A stretch of 60,067 nucleotides of DNA, counting the filler, from Streblomastix strix (Eukaryota): assembly GCA_008636045.1 (NCBI GenBank). It is 2 parts of 2 records of this genome, joined end to end, with 100 filler letters (N's around TTAATTAATTAA, not from the genome) between each part and the next. Parts side by side here need not be neighbours in the genome. Positions count along the whole stretch, not along the records: positions 30,117 to 60,067 come from SNRW01000096.1; 1 more part is not named here. One strand, written 5' to 3'. How positions within the stretch are numbered: position 1 is the first letter of the stretch; each line of letters opens with the position of its first letter. A program made the translations under genes and the position numbers. This document shows, piece after piece, positions 40,763 to 54,910 of this stretch. The notes under the pieces are model-generated. The model did not search any database and was not told the origin of the DNA. It saw nothing but the letters and a program-made list of their open reading frames with translations.

Positions 40763-43037
40763 CAGAGGATGATTTAGAAGAAATTGAATTTGTGTTTGCA
40801 TTTGAATTTGAAAGATAATCAGACTATAATGATGCATTAGAATGTGATTACAATTATGGTAGTTAATATTAATATTAATTAGAATTAGGATTAATTTATG
40901 AAGATGGCATTAAAGATTGATGCTATTATTAAGAAATAGAATAAGGAAGTGGTTAAGAATAAGTTGAAGAAGGATTTGTTGATTATTGTTGATTATTTAT
41001 CTGATATTGATTACTTTATTGTAAGTGGAGTTATTAATTATCAAATTATTATTATTGCTATTATTGAATTGAAGGATTGTTAATGTTATAATATGAAGAT
41101 GTTTATGGTTATATTGCAATTGGATTGAATTATTAATTGTATGAATATTATTAATATTATTAGTATTTAATATTAGGATCGTAATAATCAGGATATTATT
41201 ATTTATTTAAATATTACGATTGCAGATTCTGCTAGTATTATTATTGATAATTCATTGGCATTTAGTTGTAATAAGGATAATTATAATAAGTTTGTTATTA
41301 TTGATAATATGGATATTATTATTGTTAATAGTACAATTATTACTGTTATTAGTCATATTAATTTCTACTTGGATCAAATTAAGGTTAAGATTAAAATTAA
41401 TTTTACTATTATTATGAATATGGTTGAAATTACTGTTATGTATTAGCATGCAGTAACAAAGGCTATTTTTAATTTTAATATAATTACTGATTTTAATTTA
41501 CTTATTATGATTCAGATTTGATTTGATTTAACTATGAAGTAAATGAAGGTTCAGTTTACTATTATTATGTTTAAGATTATGAACTTGCATTTGATGATAA
41601 TTCAGAATTTTAATTAGAAGGAGAAGAATTTAAAGAATATTATGATGTCTAATTTTGTTATTAAATTTGGTTTGATGTCAAATTTTATAATTAGTAACTC
41701 CTTTTCGCTTAAGATTGTGTATTTTATTAATACTGATATTATTATTACTAATATTATGTATGTTATGACTATTATAAATATGGGGAGTGAGTATTAATCA
41801 TTGATTAGTATTACTATTGTTGTATTTATTGTTGTTGATTTGGTCTTATGTGAGGTGAGAATGTAACTTCGACTCCGCATATTTACATCCGTTAAAGTTG
41901 AATAAGTTATGTTGCAGACTGAATAAAAATAATATATAAATAATTAAATTAATGAGAATGAATAAATAAATAAAAGTTTATTAAATTATACTAAATTATT
42001 CTAAATTTATTTTCATTTCATTTTTATATAATTCTTTCATACTCTTTCACCACTCGCATTTGCATTAAAATGAACAAATCCAATTCCACGATAATTTCCA
42101 CCTTCTTGTTTGGGTAATTCAATTCTTATAATTTCACCATATTTCTAAAGCTGAAGTTTTATATTATTTTCATTGAATAATTCATGTTTTGTTTAAGTTT
42201 CATTACTATTTTCATTTTATCTATTACTTTTATCATCAACTGCCATCTGATCCGCCCATTTTCTGTTAAACCGGAGCAAAACACTTGTTTAAAGTGAAGC
42301 AGAATCTGCCCAACCGATCTTCAACTGACATCCACGAATTATTTCATCGCTCATTTTCTTTCTCGCTTCTTATGCTTCATTCCTTTTTTTATATTTGATG
42401 AACGATTGTCTGTTCTATGGTAAGTATTCTACTTGGGTGATTGTGCCGAATTGACTAGGGAAAAAATAGAAATTATAAATAAATAAATAAATAATAAGGA
42501 AAAAATTAATTAAATTAATCAAAAGAATATTATTAAGTATATTATATCATACGAAAATAAGCTTCTAATTTCATTCTCTGATGTGTCTTCAGGAAGATTT
42601 GAAACACAAATATTAGTGTTACGTTCTGCAGGCCCAATCTTCATTGGTCGAGAATGGATCCACTAGAAAATAATTGTTATAGTAAATATTATGATATAAT
42701 AAATTATTCAATGTATTTTTAAGTAGGTTTAAAAAAAATTTATATTCATATAATACCTGTTTTTAGTTTTGCTATAACACATTCTAAGCTGATTCTGCGC
42801 TATCAAAATATACAAATCCATAACCGAGACTATTGGTTGTGTATTTATCTTTTTTTATCGTTGCTCTTTAAACCGACCCAAACTTCGTAAACAGGTCTAC
42901 AAGTTCTTCTTCTGTCACTTCAGAATCAAGATCTCCTACAAAAATTCCCTCTGTTTAAATATTTAAATATTAATAATTCATTAAAATTAGGAAGAAAAAT
43001 AAAAATAAATAATCAAACTTCCTTCATCGTCTTCCAT
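36126..43037 (-). CDS. RNA-binding protein: three N-terminal RRMs plus a ~1900-aa Q/S/N-rich tail (~2175 aa)
   Basis: RRM1 GIFVGDL…SLGYGFVYF, RRM2 NICVSNLP…RQSFIKY, RRM3 …YRGIGFVHF. Exons 43019-43037, 42757-42950, 42553-42662, 42043-42454 and 36126-41918 (5793 nt = 1931 codons) are in phase. Confidence 0.9.
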
Positions 43038-43418
43038 CTAAATGTCTGTAGTATAAAAATAATAAATATAGATCAAATGGTTGAGAGATAAAATATATAA
43101 TTGAATAAGAGTTAAAATTAAAATAAATAGAATGTTGATAATAAGCAATAAGACAGATTAAATTTTATGAATTTAAAATTCTTTTTGAAAGATAGTAAAA
43201 GCAAATAAATATAAAAATGTTATTAAACATATATCAAATTATATTCCAAATTAGATTAATTACTTAATATTACATTTAAAATTCAAACAGAATCAAAATT
43301 TAAGGTTTATTATTTTGCTGACTTTCTTTATAACCATAAAGTAAAATAGTTAATTTTATAATTAAATTGTATTTAAATGAATATTTAAAATCAATTTTTT
43401 AATAAATAATAAAAATTT

Positions 43419-43565
43419 ACTTGTGGAATAGCGAGGAAAATTATGCCCGTTAAAACGGACATTTAAGGAGGCATCTATTATTATATTAAGTAATTAAATT
43501 GGTTGACATTTAAATTATTAAACTTGAATTGTATGAGCCCGATTATAGTCTTTTCACATACAACT
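43419..43565 (-). ncRNA. Candidate two-hairpin structured RNA (H/ACA-like, speculative)
   Basis: Minus-strand stems AGTTGTATG/CATACAATT and ATGTCCGTT/AACGGGCAT (G-U pairs are valid only on the minus strand), outer stem AATAG/CTATT, then ACA plus 3 nt. Confidence 0.2.
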
Positions 43566-43685
43566 TTTATTTTTAAACAGTCCCACAAAAGATTTGAATT
43601 TAATGAATTTTATGTATTAGATATAATTAACTTTTATTCATTAATAAAGACAAAAAATACTGAAGAGATGTTATTAATCAAATCA

Positions 43686-46600
43686 TCACCAGTACAAGTA
43701 TGAGCGATGTATGGATTCCAGTAGAGGAATAATAACATCTTTATCGCCTTTCATTATCTCTTCTTCAGCTGATTCATATTCAAGAGGAATTGCCTAATAA
43801 TGAAAATAAGAAAATAACAAAAGAAAAATTAAAATATAATAAAAATATTAATTGAATTTGATTATATTATATATATAAATTATAAGGATATAAATAGAAT
43901 TTAATAAAAAAAAGGATTGAATAAAAAATTAACCTTCTTTCTTATAAGGAAATTAAGAGCAAGTCTTATGTTATGAATGAAAGCACCTTAAGAAGTTGGA
44001 TTTCTATGAATTAAAATATTATTAAAGAAGAACATATAAAATGCAATAAAAAAATATTTTAAAAAACATTCTCGTTTTGTAAATTAATTTGAATATTTCA
44101 ATGAATTAAGTGTATTTAAATATAATTTGCATTTTTCCTTATTCATACTTTGTTACTCCACTCAATTCTTTTCTCTCTAATAAAGACACGATCCGACATA
44201 ATAGAACACCAGTACTGAACTGTAATATATATTTCATAAATAAAAAATATAATAATAATTAGTATTTATTAGAAAATAATATAATAATTATATATGATAT
44301 TAATATCTTATGATCAAACTTCACTAAGAACAGGTTCTTCAAGCGTAAATGGAGATGAAAGCTTTTAGAATAAAGAAATTAGTCAAAAATATATTTAATA
44401 ATAAAAAAAACCTTGACTCCAATTTTCTTCAACCATTTCCCAAGAATATATTGTGGAGATGGATTCTAAAATAAATATTTTAAATTTCAAATAAAATAAA
44501 TATAAAGAAAATATAATAAAAATTTAAATATTATTATTTCTTTCATTTCTTCATACAATTTATTTTGCAACTTCATTTGTCTCTTTTCTATTCTTTGAAT
44601 GCCGAAGTGCGAATTAAACTGGCGATTGTGGATAATGATTAGAATTTTATCTATTCACATGAAAAAGTAAATTAGTATTAAAAAATAAATAAATTTATTA
44701 TTAAATAAAGAAATTAAGTATTAATTAATATACTATTAAATCACAGCATCAATCCCATCATCACTTGTTCCAATTGATTTTCTCTTCAAATCATCATTCT
44801 AAATCAAACTATTTTTCACATTTTCATTCAGTTATCCCTTTTCTTATTATTTCTATTTTTCTTATTATTTTCCCTATTATTTATCTAATTAATTTCCCTA
44901 TTATTTATCTAATTAATTTCCTTATTGTTTTCCTTATTATTAATCTTTTTCTAATAATTTCTCTTTTTATGGCATCTCTTCACTCTTATCAATCCTTCTT
45001 TCATTCACCATCCTCTCTGTCCAACCTCCATTGATCATCTCTTTTACAACTACACTACCTTCTTTATTTACTTGATCAGGTAATACATAATATTTAAGAT
45101 CTCGGTATAGACTCATTATATGAGTTAAAATTTGCTCTTCAAGTTCATCTTTGGAAAATTGTTTGTTGATATTGTTTAATGAGTTGGTTTGGTTGTTGTC
45201 TGATTCACTTTCACTGAAGTTGGCGCTTTCACTTTAAATATCAATTTTATTCTCTCGTTATTTTCTTCTTCTTTTTTCTCGCAGTCTTTTTCTGAAGTTT
45301 TACATTTGTTTGTGTTTTTGCAATTTTTCTTTCATTGTTTGTTTTTGAGCACGAATTAATGCTTCGCTTTAAATAGCATCTCTGGCTATTCGTGATGATG
45401 CAAAAGTTAATGATGGTTATAATGATGTTTTTTATTATTAATTCCACTATTAATTTTATTGTGATTGTTGAGATGTTAATGTTTGGGATAATTTCTCTTA
45501 TTAATTTGGTTAAAATTTTTAAAATGTTTATGATGAATAAGAATTTCTAAGTGGAGATGAATTTGATTATAATAAAGATTAAGTTGTTTGTAATTATTAT
45601 TATTATGGTGATGGTTATTATGATGGAAATATGATTGGAAATGATCTTTCAAACTCGTCAAGCATTGGTAATGAATCTAAATCTTCTTTTTCTTATTCAA
45701 TGTTCTTATTCTTTAATTAATTCTTAGTCATATTTGTTTTGATAGACATTCTACTGGTTTGAATTTATTGCTATGATTTGGTTTATATTGAATTATTCAT
45801 TTGGTTGGACTTGTTTGTTCTTGATGTTGATTGTTAAATTTATTGAGGTGATTATGATTTCTAAATTGATTTGATATTTTCATTTATATAATCTTTATCA
45901 ATTAGTTTATTTTTCTGGTCTTATTTTGAATTTTCTTTTTATTTTTCATTATCTTTATCTTTGCCATTTTTATTATTAAATAATTTTCCTGGTTAAATTT
46001 CTTTATCTACTTCAGGGCTTTAACCTTCATATACAACTTATAATTTATTTTAATTTAATTGAATGGATTATTATTCGGAAGACTATGAAGAAGAATGTTA
46101 TTATTAATTAAATTATTATTGTTATTATTAAATCAATTATTATGAAGTAACTGATTATTAACTCTCAATATCACTATTATTATCATATTAATTAAGTGGA
46201 GAACGATATATCGGAGAAGATGAAATCGTTAATTATTATTAAAACTGAGTTGATTGTTAATTTAAAGTAGGTGAACTGAAAGAATTATTTGCTTCCAAGA
46301 ATTATGGAGAATATGCTAATTGATATTTATAGTCATATGTTGGAGGTTATTAAATCTATGAAGACGAAGAAGATGTATTATTTGCATTTGATGGAAACGG
46401 AGGTAATATATATGTAAGAGAAGATTACAATTCTGTTAAAGTAGTTTGTTCTGTGGATTATTTTTTAATGGATATTTATTGTGAAGATGATGAAGATGAT
46501 GAAGAAGAAGATGATGGATATGCTATTGATGTAGCTGTGTTGATGTTATTTGTATTAATAATGTTGTTTTATGATTGAAATTATGGCGTGATAATGTTTA

Positions 46601-49600
46601 TATTGACTTTACTTTTAATTGTATCAATTATTTGTGTATTATTTTTAATAATCTCTTTTTCATTAAATTAATTATTTTCTTTTTCTTTTATATTTAGCTT
46701 AGTACCTATTTCTGATTCAAATTCTTTCTATTTTTAATTCTTTTCAAATGATTTGTCTTCATCTTCATCTTCTTCTCTAATTAACAACTTTTCTATTTCT
46801 TTTTTCCATGATTGATCTTTTGTCTTTGAATATGAAGAAGTTGACTTTAAATCAATTATTTTTTAATTATTTTCATTATTTTTTTCAACAAACCCATTTA
46901 ATTCCTTTTCTTTGATATTTTAGTCATTTAAATTATTTTCTTTTGATTTAATTGCATTATCATTCAAATTGAAATTCTAATCCTATTATTGTTTCTATTT
47001 ATCAATCTCATCTTGTCTTTATTTCTTATATTTTTCAGGGTCTTCTGAATTTAAGAATAACGCAGGAGAAAGCCAACCTCGTCTTACATTACCATCTTGA
47101 TCTGTAATATTCTTTCGTAATCTACCTATGTAATTATTGATATCATCACTGTTCTTTTTATTAGAATTGAATTTCCCCATGAATATTGAATTATCGTTAG
47201 AATTGTTATTATTTAATTCATAATTGTCTTCGTCAGCTTCGTCCAATAATTAATCATCAGTTTTGACTGTATTGAGTAAATTGGCTACAATTTATTTCTG
47301 TTACTATTATTAAATAGGTGAAATAATATTACTCTAATTAATAATATCATTTGTATGACTCAATTCATTAATTTTTATAGTATTCCCCCTTTCATGTTCT
47401 CTTTCCCACTGTTTTAAGTATTTATCGCTTTTCAAACCTTTCAAAACAATCTATTTGGGCGAAGTAGACACATTTTTCACAATTATCTATAAAAACGCCT
47501 TTGATGGAGTAGAACTAATTGATGATTGATTTAGAAGTGAATTTGCGTATTTAATTGGCGAAGACTAGAAAGATTGATTTGGAGAAGTTGAGTGAAATGG
47601 TGAACTGGAAGAAATTAATGGAGTTGGGCTGTATGATAAGGATTTTGATTATTAATTAAGATTAATATTTATATTGGAATATTTTTATTTCTATTGCGAC
47701 TAATTCTATTATTTCTGATTATTATATGATTAAGAAGAATTAGGAAAAGGAGAATATGAGAAATGAGTTGGTGTTCTATTGACTGGAGATACTGATCTTT
47801 TGGATAACATCATGTTTGTTTGTGCTGCAATCAAATTTTTGTTGTTAATTTGTTCATTTCCATCTTTTTATTGTTCGATATCAGTGGGTTCATTTTAATT
47901 TCTACCTATTTTGATAATTTACCCTAATTTCTTTGTTTTAATATCATTTTCTTTATTTGACAATTTTCTGTCAATGCTTTGTTCATAAACATCAGGAAAT
48001 GACAGAAGAATAGGTTTAGCTTTAATGAATATAGTTTAATTATTATTGTTGTTGTTAATGTTATTATTTAAATTATTATACTTAGTGTTAATATTTGATA
48101 TTAACAATGAAAGTGTAGATTGTCTGTTGAGCAATTTCTTATTGAGTTTTGTCATAGTTGATTATGATGGAGAAGAATATAAAGATTATGAAGATTATAG
48201 AGATTAATATGAAGACGTTGAACGATTTGTCAATTGATTCCATAATTATACTCCATTTTTATTATTTCCTTCTTGCTTTTATTATTATTTAATATCTTTT
48301 TTGTATTTAACTAATAATTATTATTATAAATTTTACAATTATTTCATTAATTATTCATCATCTAATTTCAACTTCTTGAAATAATTAGCTGCATTTCTAG
48401 ACTAAACTACAGCATACTTACGTGCAATATTATTTCTTTCTCTTTCTTCTTTGATTTTATCATTTAAATCTAAAATTCTTTTTACGTCTTTCTCTTAATC
48501 TGTCATTTCATATTCAAATTCATCATTTTCAATATCATCATTTATTGATTTTCCATCTGAATTATATATTTTTCTTCTGCTACTTCTTCCCCTGCTTTAA
48601 CTTCTTCCTCTTGATCTGGATCTTGAACGGTTTTATTTCTTCTTTTAATATTCTTTGCTTTTCTTTTCAATATCTGTTTTCATTATTTGATTCATTTGTT
48701 TTGTGTAATAATCCATGTTTGACATCTCAATTTGTTTTTGGTCTCTCTATTATCTAGTTGTGTAATGTTATCCTAAATAAGGCGAAAAATGCTATCGTTT
48801 TTAAGAATTTATTGACTAATGCAGTTATTCAAGTTCTTATATTTCTTTTTGTGATTATATAGATTATAAGTATAACTACTGTTAATTATAAATAGATGAT
48901 TAATTTTGAGATTAATTCAATGGAGAACGCGAACGAGAACGTTAATTAGAATGTAAATTGGTCTATGAAGAAGTTATTGATGATTATGAAGAAGATAAAG
49001 GTGAAGTTAATTGATTTAAATTGTTATTACCAGATTTTATATTCATATTCAAATTAGAATTAATTTAAATGATATTTTATTTATTGTCATTCTATTTATT
49101 ATTGTTGTTACTATTATTAATAAATGTGGGAGAAGCTGATTAAGGAGGATAAATTGATGGTTTTGGAGTAGATTATTGAATTGGAATTATTTAGTTTATT
49201 GGAGATGTTGCTTATGAAGTATTATTTGAAATAAGAATTTGATTTGAACTGGAATTAAGTATAGAATTATTGATAATAGGTGAAATATTATTATTGTTGT
49301 TACTTGAATTGTTTATATTTGATGATAATTATAGAGATTATTGTGATGAAGATTATTTATTTTTTAATATGCCCTTTTATGGCATTTTGGTACTTTTAGT
49401 CGATTTTAAGCTTTTCAATGAATTCAAGCTGATTAAACTGGCTTTACTGTTTAAATGGCTGTTGTTTTTACTTAGTTTATTTTTAATCTCTATTTCTTTC
49501 TATTTCTTCAATTAAGAAAAAGTTTTCTATTAATTTTTTTAATCTTAATTTTCTTTCTAATTTAATCTATCAATACTACCAATTTCAGATTAGTTTTATT

Positions 49601-52600
49601 TATTTTATTCATTATTTATTTCTTCTTCTTATTACTACTCCTATATTTCAATCTCTTTCAACCTTTATTCATTCAAAACTTCAATTTATCTTTGTTTCTC
49701 CCTTTGAATTTCCTATTCTTTCATTTTAAACTCATTTTCTTTCATTTATTCTTCATTTAACTTTCGTTTTGATTCAGCAACTGAATCTTTTGCGATTATT
49801 TTGTAGATCTCGTCAAATTGGAGACCGAGTGTTGGACGATGACGAGGATGTGGAGGTAATGAATCCGAGTATCTGAAAGTATTATTAATTAAATGATAAA
49901 ATCAAATATTGAATAAAATAAATAATTTTAAATAAATAAAGAAAAATTATTATAAAATAATCTGACAATTTAAATAATAAATAATATAGATTAATAATAT
50001 AATATATAATTATTATTGATCCGTATAAATACCTATGTAAATCTTCCAGTATTCCCAATATTGTATGTATTTCGCCATAATGTATTGCATCTCCAGAATA
50101 TAAATGAGTTGAAGGAAATTGTGCACCAATTTATCTGATTATTATAATTAAATATAGATGAATAATATTATTAAATATAAGGAAAATTATATTTTTTTAT
50201 CTATATTTTTATAATTATTTATTGTTTATTCATAAATTATTCAATTTTTTCATATCTTATTAACAAACCTTAATAATTTTAGACCCTTTTCGATATTCAT
50301 TCTGCAAACAATTGATGTTTTTGGTTATTTTATTAATCCATTCACTTTCTTATTGGTTACGAAAGAAATAATTTCACAGAATAATGTTCCTGAGCTAATG
50401 AAAGGAATAATGTGGCGGAATGATGGCGGAATTAGCCCTGAATTAAATAATAATATCAGATGAATATGATAAATAAGTATAATATGAAAAATAGTAAATA
50501 ATATTTTGAATTTATATGTATATTGAGTACCTTTAATTAAACCGAGAGAAATAATCCATTCAAGAAGTGAATCCTGAAGATGGTTGAAATATTAAATATC
50601 ATTTTGATAAAATAATTAATTATATATTTCAAATTGTTTAGTATTTACTTTATTTATGAAAATATTATCATTAATCTTATCTCATATCAGTTCAAATATA
50701 CATTCACTACATATATACACTCAAGCAAACCTCCAAATCCTTCATCTGCCTCTACGTATACGGCAGTGGCACTCCAGGAATCTTTAAGCTCTTGTATTCA
50801 TTTTCAGTCCATATTTCAGCTGGGTGTGAATTGAATGAATTTGAATTTATGGATGAAAAGGAAACTAATGAAGAAAAAGGTTATTTAGAATATGAGAGTG
50901 GAAGAAGAGCTGGATTATTGATTAATACAAGTGGATATATGAATAATAATAGAATAAACAAATTTATAATAGAATAATAATATATATAAAATTAAAAATT
51001 GATATTAAATATAATCAATAAACAAAAAAAATATAACAAATATAATTCATTCCCCATACTTTATCCATTGTCACCAAGCTCTTATCGCATTCTTCTTCCC
51101 ATAATTTCTTATTCTTCTTCTCTTTCTACTTCTTTCCATTTCTCACCTTCTTTTCCAATTCCTTTCCCTAACTTCCTCTCAAATAAGTGTCTAATATGTT
51201 TTGATAGAAGTAAAGGAGATGGATAATATTAGGGTGGAGGTTACCCATAATTTTATATTAGATTGTCTTCTATTAGTTTTCCAAATGAATCCTTTATATG
51301 CTGAAATAACTGATAAATGTAGTCTTCATCACCTTTGATCATTATTTCAGTGTCCCAAAGCAAGATTGATGGAATAAGACCTGTTTTCTTGAGCCAAATG
51401 AATGATTCGATGATGTTTCTTCTTGCTTGGGTAATGTTATTGGGTTATCGATTGCATGGAAGTGGCTTGATGCAGTTATATGGTGTTTTAATTTTAAGGC
51501 CTTGTTGGATTTGTTGGGTTAATTGCTTGAGTTTGGATGGTTTTGTTTATTATTATTATGATTATAATAAATTAGATTAATTAGTTATTTATTATGGTGA
51601 GAATTAATTAATTTTATTTTATGGTTGCGGAGATCTAGATTTAGATAATTGATTTGAATGATATGGATTTCGGGTTTGTGATGGAGAAATTGATCTTGTA
51701 CTTGAATGAGAATGCGATTCAAATGGATCTTTAAATGGAATTTCTTCTTATTATGATTATTTATCATAGTTTTCATCATTATTGTTGTTCTAATCATGGA
51801 AGAATGATGATGATTTATTTTTATTACTTTCTTTATTAGAAGATTATTTATTTGATTAATTACTCCAGATCCAGTCATCTTTTGTTGATGCTGCCCATCT
51901 ATAATAACAGCAAAATATAATATAACATAATATAATTTGCATAAAATATAAATATGAATTAAAAGCAAATCATAAATTTAATAATAACTTATATATTATC
52001 ATATTTATTGAATACCTACAAACATTCACCAGATCAGACAGCAGAACACCATTTGTAAGAGGATCAGCCAGAGGTGACATCATACTACGAATCTTATTAT
52101 CAGGAAGATCTAAATTGCATACTTGTCTTATCCAATGTATTAGTGCAAGATTAGATTATAGCTATTAATAGAATTACTGTTGTTTTGTTGATGCTGACTG
52201 GTGTGTGGATTTGTTAAGTGAAAGTGGAATTAATTATGATGCAGAAGCTGTTGGTGGTAATTGTCTGGGAATTAATGTTTATTATTACTTTTACTATTAT
52301 TATGAATTTGATTATATCTATTACAATTATTATTATTACTGTGTGTACTATTACAATGACTATTTAGAAACAATATCAGATAACTGTGCTTATATAACAT
52401 GCTCTCTCATCACACGTTTGAGTGAAGGCGAAAAAGATGGACTGATTTTTCTTTTCAATCGACCATTGATTATCCGTGAATTGAATGGAGATGAGGAAAA
52501 AGATCTTGTTTTTGAATATTAATTTGAATTTGTATTTGAATTTAAATATGAGTTATTATTCAGATTAGAATATATTGAATTATTATTGAATCTGTCAGTT

Positions 52601-53889
52601 AATACAGATCTTATATTAGAGAATGAGATAGAAAATGGAGATTGTTGGTGTTATCTATTTATAGGTGAAAATGAATGTGAATGTTATTATTCGTTATTAG
52701 ATTATTATTATTATTAATTATATGGTGAAACTGATCGATTCTATCGATTATTATTAATATTATTATTACTATTTAATTATTACATATATTTTCTATGATT
52801 TATTTCATTCCTGATCTGCCAATCAAATTCTTTCTTTAACCAACTTGGATCAATAATATTTGTTCCTGCTCTTTCATATCCACTGAATCCTTACCCGCCA
52901 AACTCATTTTCATTCAGAATTGAATTGAATGCGGAAATTCTGTCACTATCGAGTGATTTGGAGTTATAATTTGGGGATTAATTGAAATTTGAGATTTGAT
53001 TTAAATTTGAGTTTTGATTGATTTATGAATAGAAATTTGCGATTTGATTTGGTTTTAAATTTTAATGGAAAAATTGTTATTATTATTTATAAGGAGAATA
53101 AGATGGTTAAGGAGATTGTGAATGAGATTAATACTGATGTTATTGTTATTATTCTATTGGTGAATATGAATTTGAATTGTGTGAAAATTATTCATTTTGG
53201 TTATTAATCTGATTTTATGAATTGGCAGATTGATTTGCTCGTTTATAATGCCATGTTACATCCGTTGATGTGTTCCAACCAAGCTCTCGAGCATATTTCT
53301 TCATTCTAATTTTTTTTGAATTAAAAAATTAAACTTTAAAATAAATGAAAAAATTTGAAGTAAACCTGACTTGGACAATATCAGCAATTCCTTCTGCACC
53401 AGCAAGCCCACTAGGGTTAATGACTCGATAAATTTATTTTCAATTGGAAATTTTATGTAAAATTTTATTTTATTAATCATTATTCATATTGATCTTGTTG
53501 GCATCGGATTATCTATTTTTGCTGTCATTTATCTTAGCTTCCATACTTGAAGTTTAATTATTTTTGTGCGTTTTAGATTTATATTGATTTTATGCAATTA
53601 AATAATTTAATTATTGTTAAGTTTGTATTTAGTTTTTTGAGGGACTCAATGATCTCTTCGCAGATAATTACTTGAGCAATCTCTCGGTATCCATATTTGA
53701 ATTTGACTCTTTCTTTTCTGAGTTTGGTGTTTGCCAAGCAAGCAAGCTATTTTATATGTTTGACATATTTTTATTAAGTTTGTGTCCAGTATTGATGTTT
53801 TCTTTTTCTAATTCTGAATTCTATGTATTCGTTATAACAATCGACTACTCTTATGCTAATATACTTTAAACACTATTGTTAGAGCTCAT
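43686..53889 (-). CDS. Large multi-exon protein with three calponin-homology (CH)-like domains separated by Q/S/N-rich regions
   Basis: CH1 LIHWIRQV…DPLTNGVLLSDLV…ARRNIIESF…IMIKGDEDYIYQLF. CH2 LLEWIISLG…SSGTLFCEII…CRMNIEKGLKLL…ILGILEDLHR. CH3 LGKWLKKIG…FSTGVLLCRIV…HNIRLALNFL…EIMKGDKDVIIPLLESI. ATG 53889, TGA 43686-43688, more than 10 GT-AG introns. Confidence 0.85.
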
Positions 53890-54163
53890 AATCAAATAAA
53901 TTAAAATTGTCTTATTTGTGTGTATTGATTAAAATTGAATTTCTAAAAACATAGAAAAAATTTAATTGCAATCCAATACACAAAACAAATCAATTTTTTC
54001 AATTCAATTTATTGATTCATATTTAAAAAGTTACAAAATATATTAAACTATGCAAAAAAATTTCAAAAAAATGCTCAAATCCAATCAAAGTTGTTATTCC
54101 GCATTAAAATTATTATATGGCTTTATTAAAAATGTTATAATTACCTCATAAATATGAAATGCG

Positions 54164-54910
54164 TCATACTAACCAATCACTCCACCATGATCCTCTGTAG
54201 CACCAATCAATATAGAAGTTCAGAATCTCTACTTTAACTTCGATTGCTATATCATTAAAATTCCTTCCTTTATTTATTAATTGTGCTTCAATTTCAGCAC
54301 TTCCTCCTTCTTCTTCTATTTGTTCTATGCAGCTTTTTGAACGATCTGGTTATGGTAAGAAGGATTGTTAATAATAATTATTTCTCCCATGATGAACATC
54401 ACTGACGAATTAGGATATGAGTTTTAATCCACACAAGATATCATTATCTCCTAACACTTCTGTCCCACCTGCAGTACTAATAGATATGATTAGTACTCTT
54501 CCATATCCAACATTAACTAGTTCAGTTTAATCTTATTCATCACCATAGAACTGAATAACACAAATACATTCTCTACTTCATTTTATATTTTATTATATTT
54601 ATTATTCTAATTCATTGTTGATGTGTATGTTAAGTTTATAATTAATAAGAATAAAGAGTTAATCAAGAAAATTTGATACTTAAATTATTTATTTGCACTT
54701 TTAATTATATATGATTTGATAACTAAGGAAATTAAGGGAAGAAGAAATAAATAATGGTGAAGAAGAATATTCTGATTATTATTAACGATATTAATTCTTT
54801 TCATGTATGATTTTTATTTTATTTTGTTCATATTTTGTTGTAAATGAAATAATAGCTTCAGCTGCTTCTTCAATACTTAAATCTTATTAATTTTAGTATT
54901 AATTTGAAGA
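54164..54910 (-). pseudogene. Disabled member of an expanded oxymonad hypothetical family (GDEQDQxELVNVGYGRV…STAGG…EQIEEEG)
   Basis: A single continuous frame to TGA 54164 with an in-frame TGA at 54578-54580 and no ATG at the apparent start (TTA-TCT-TCA-AAT). The family assignment is from my recollection of Streblomastix hypothetical proteins, not from a search. Confidence 0.65.

Noticed and set aside
54578..54580. In-frame TGA as selenocysteine
   Set aside because: There is no redox-motif context, no SECIS is recognisable downstream, and the gene also lacks a start codon.
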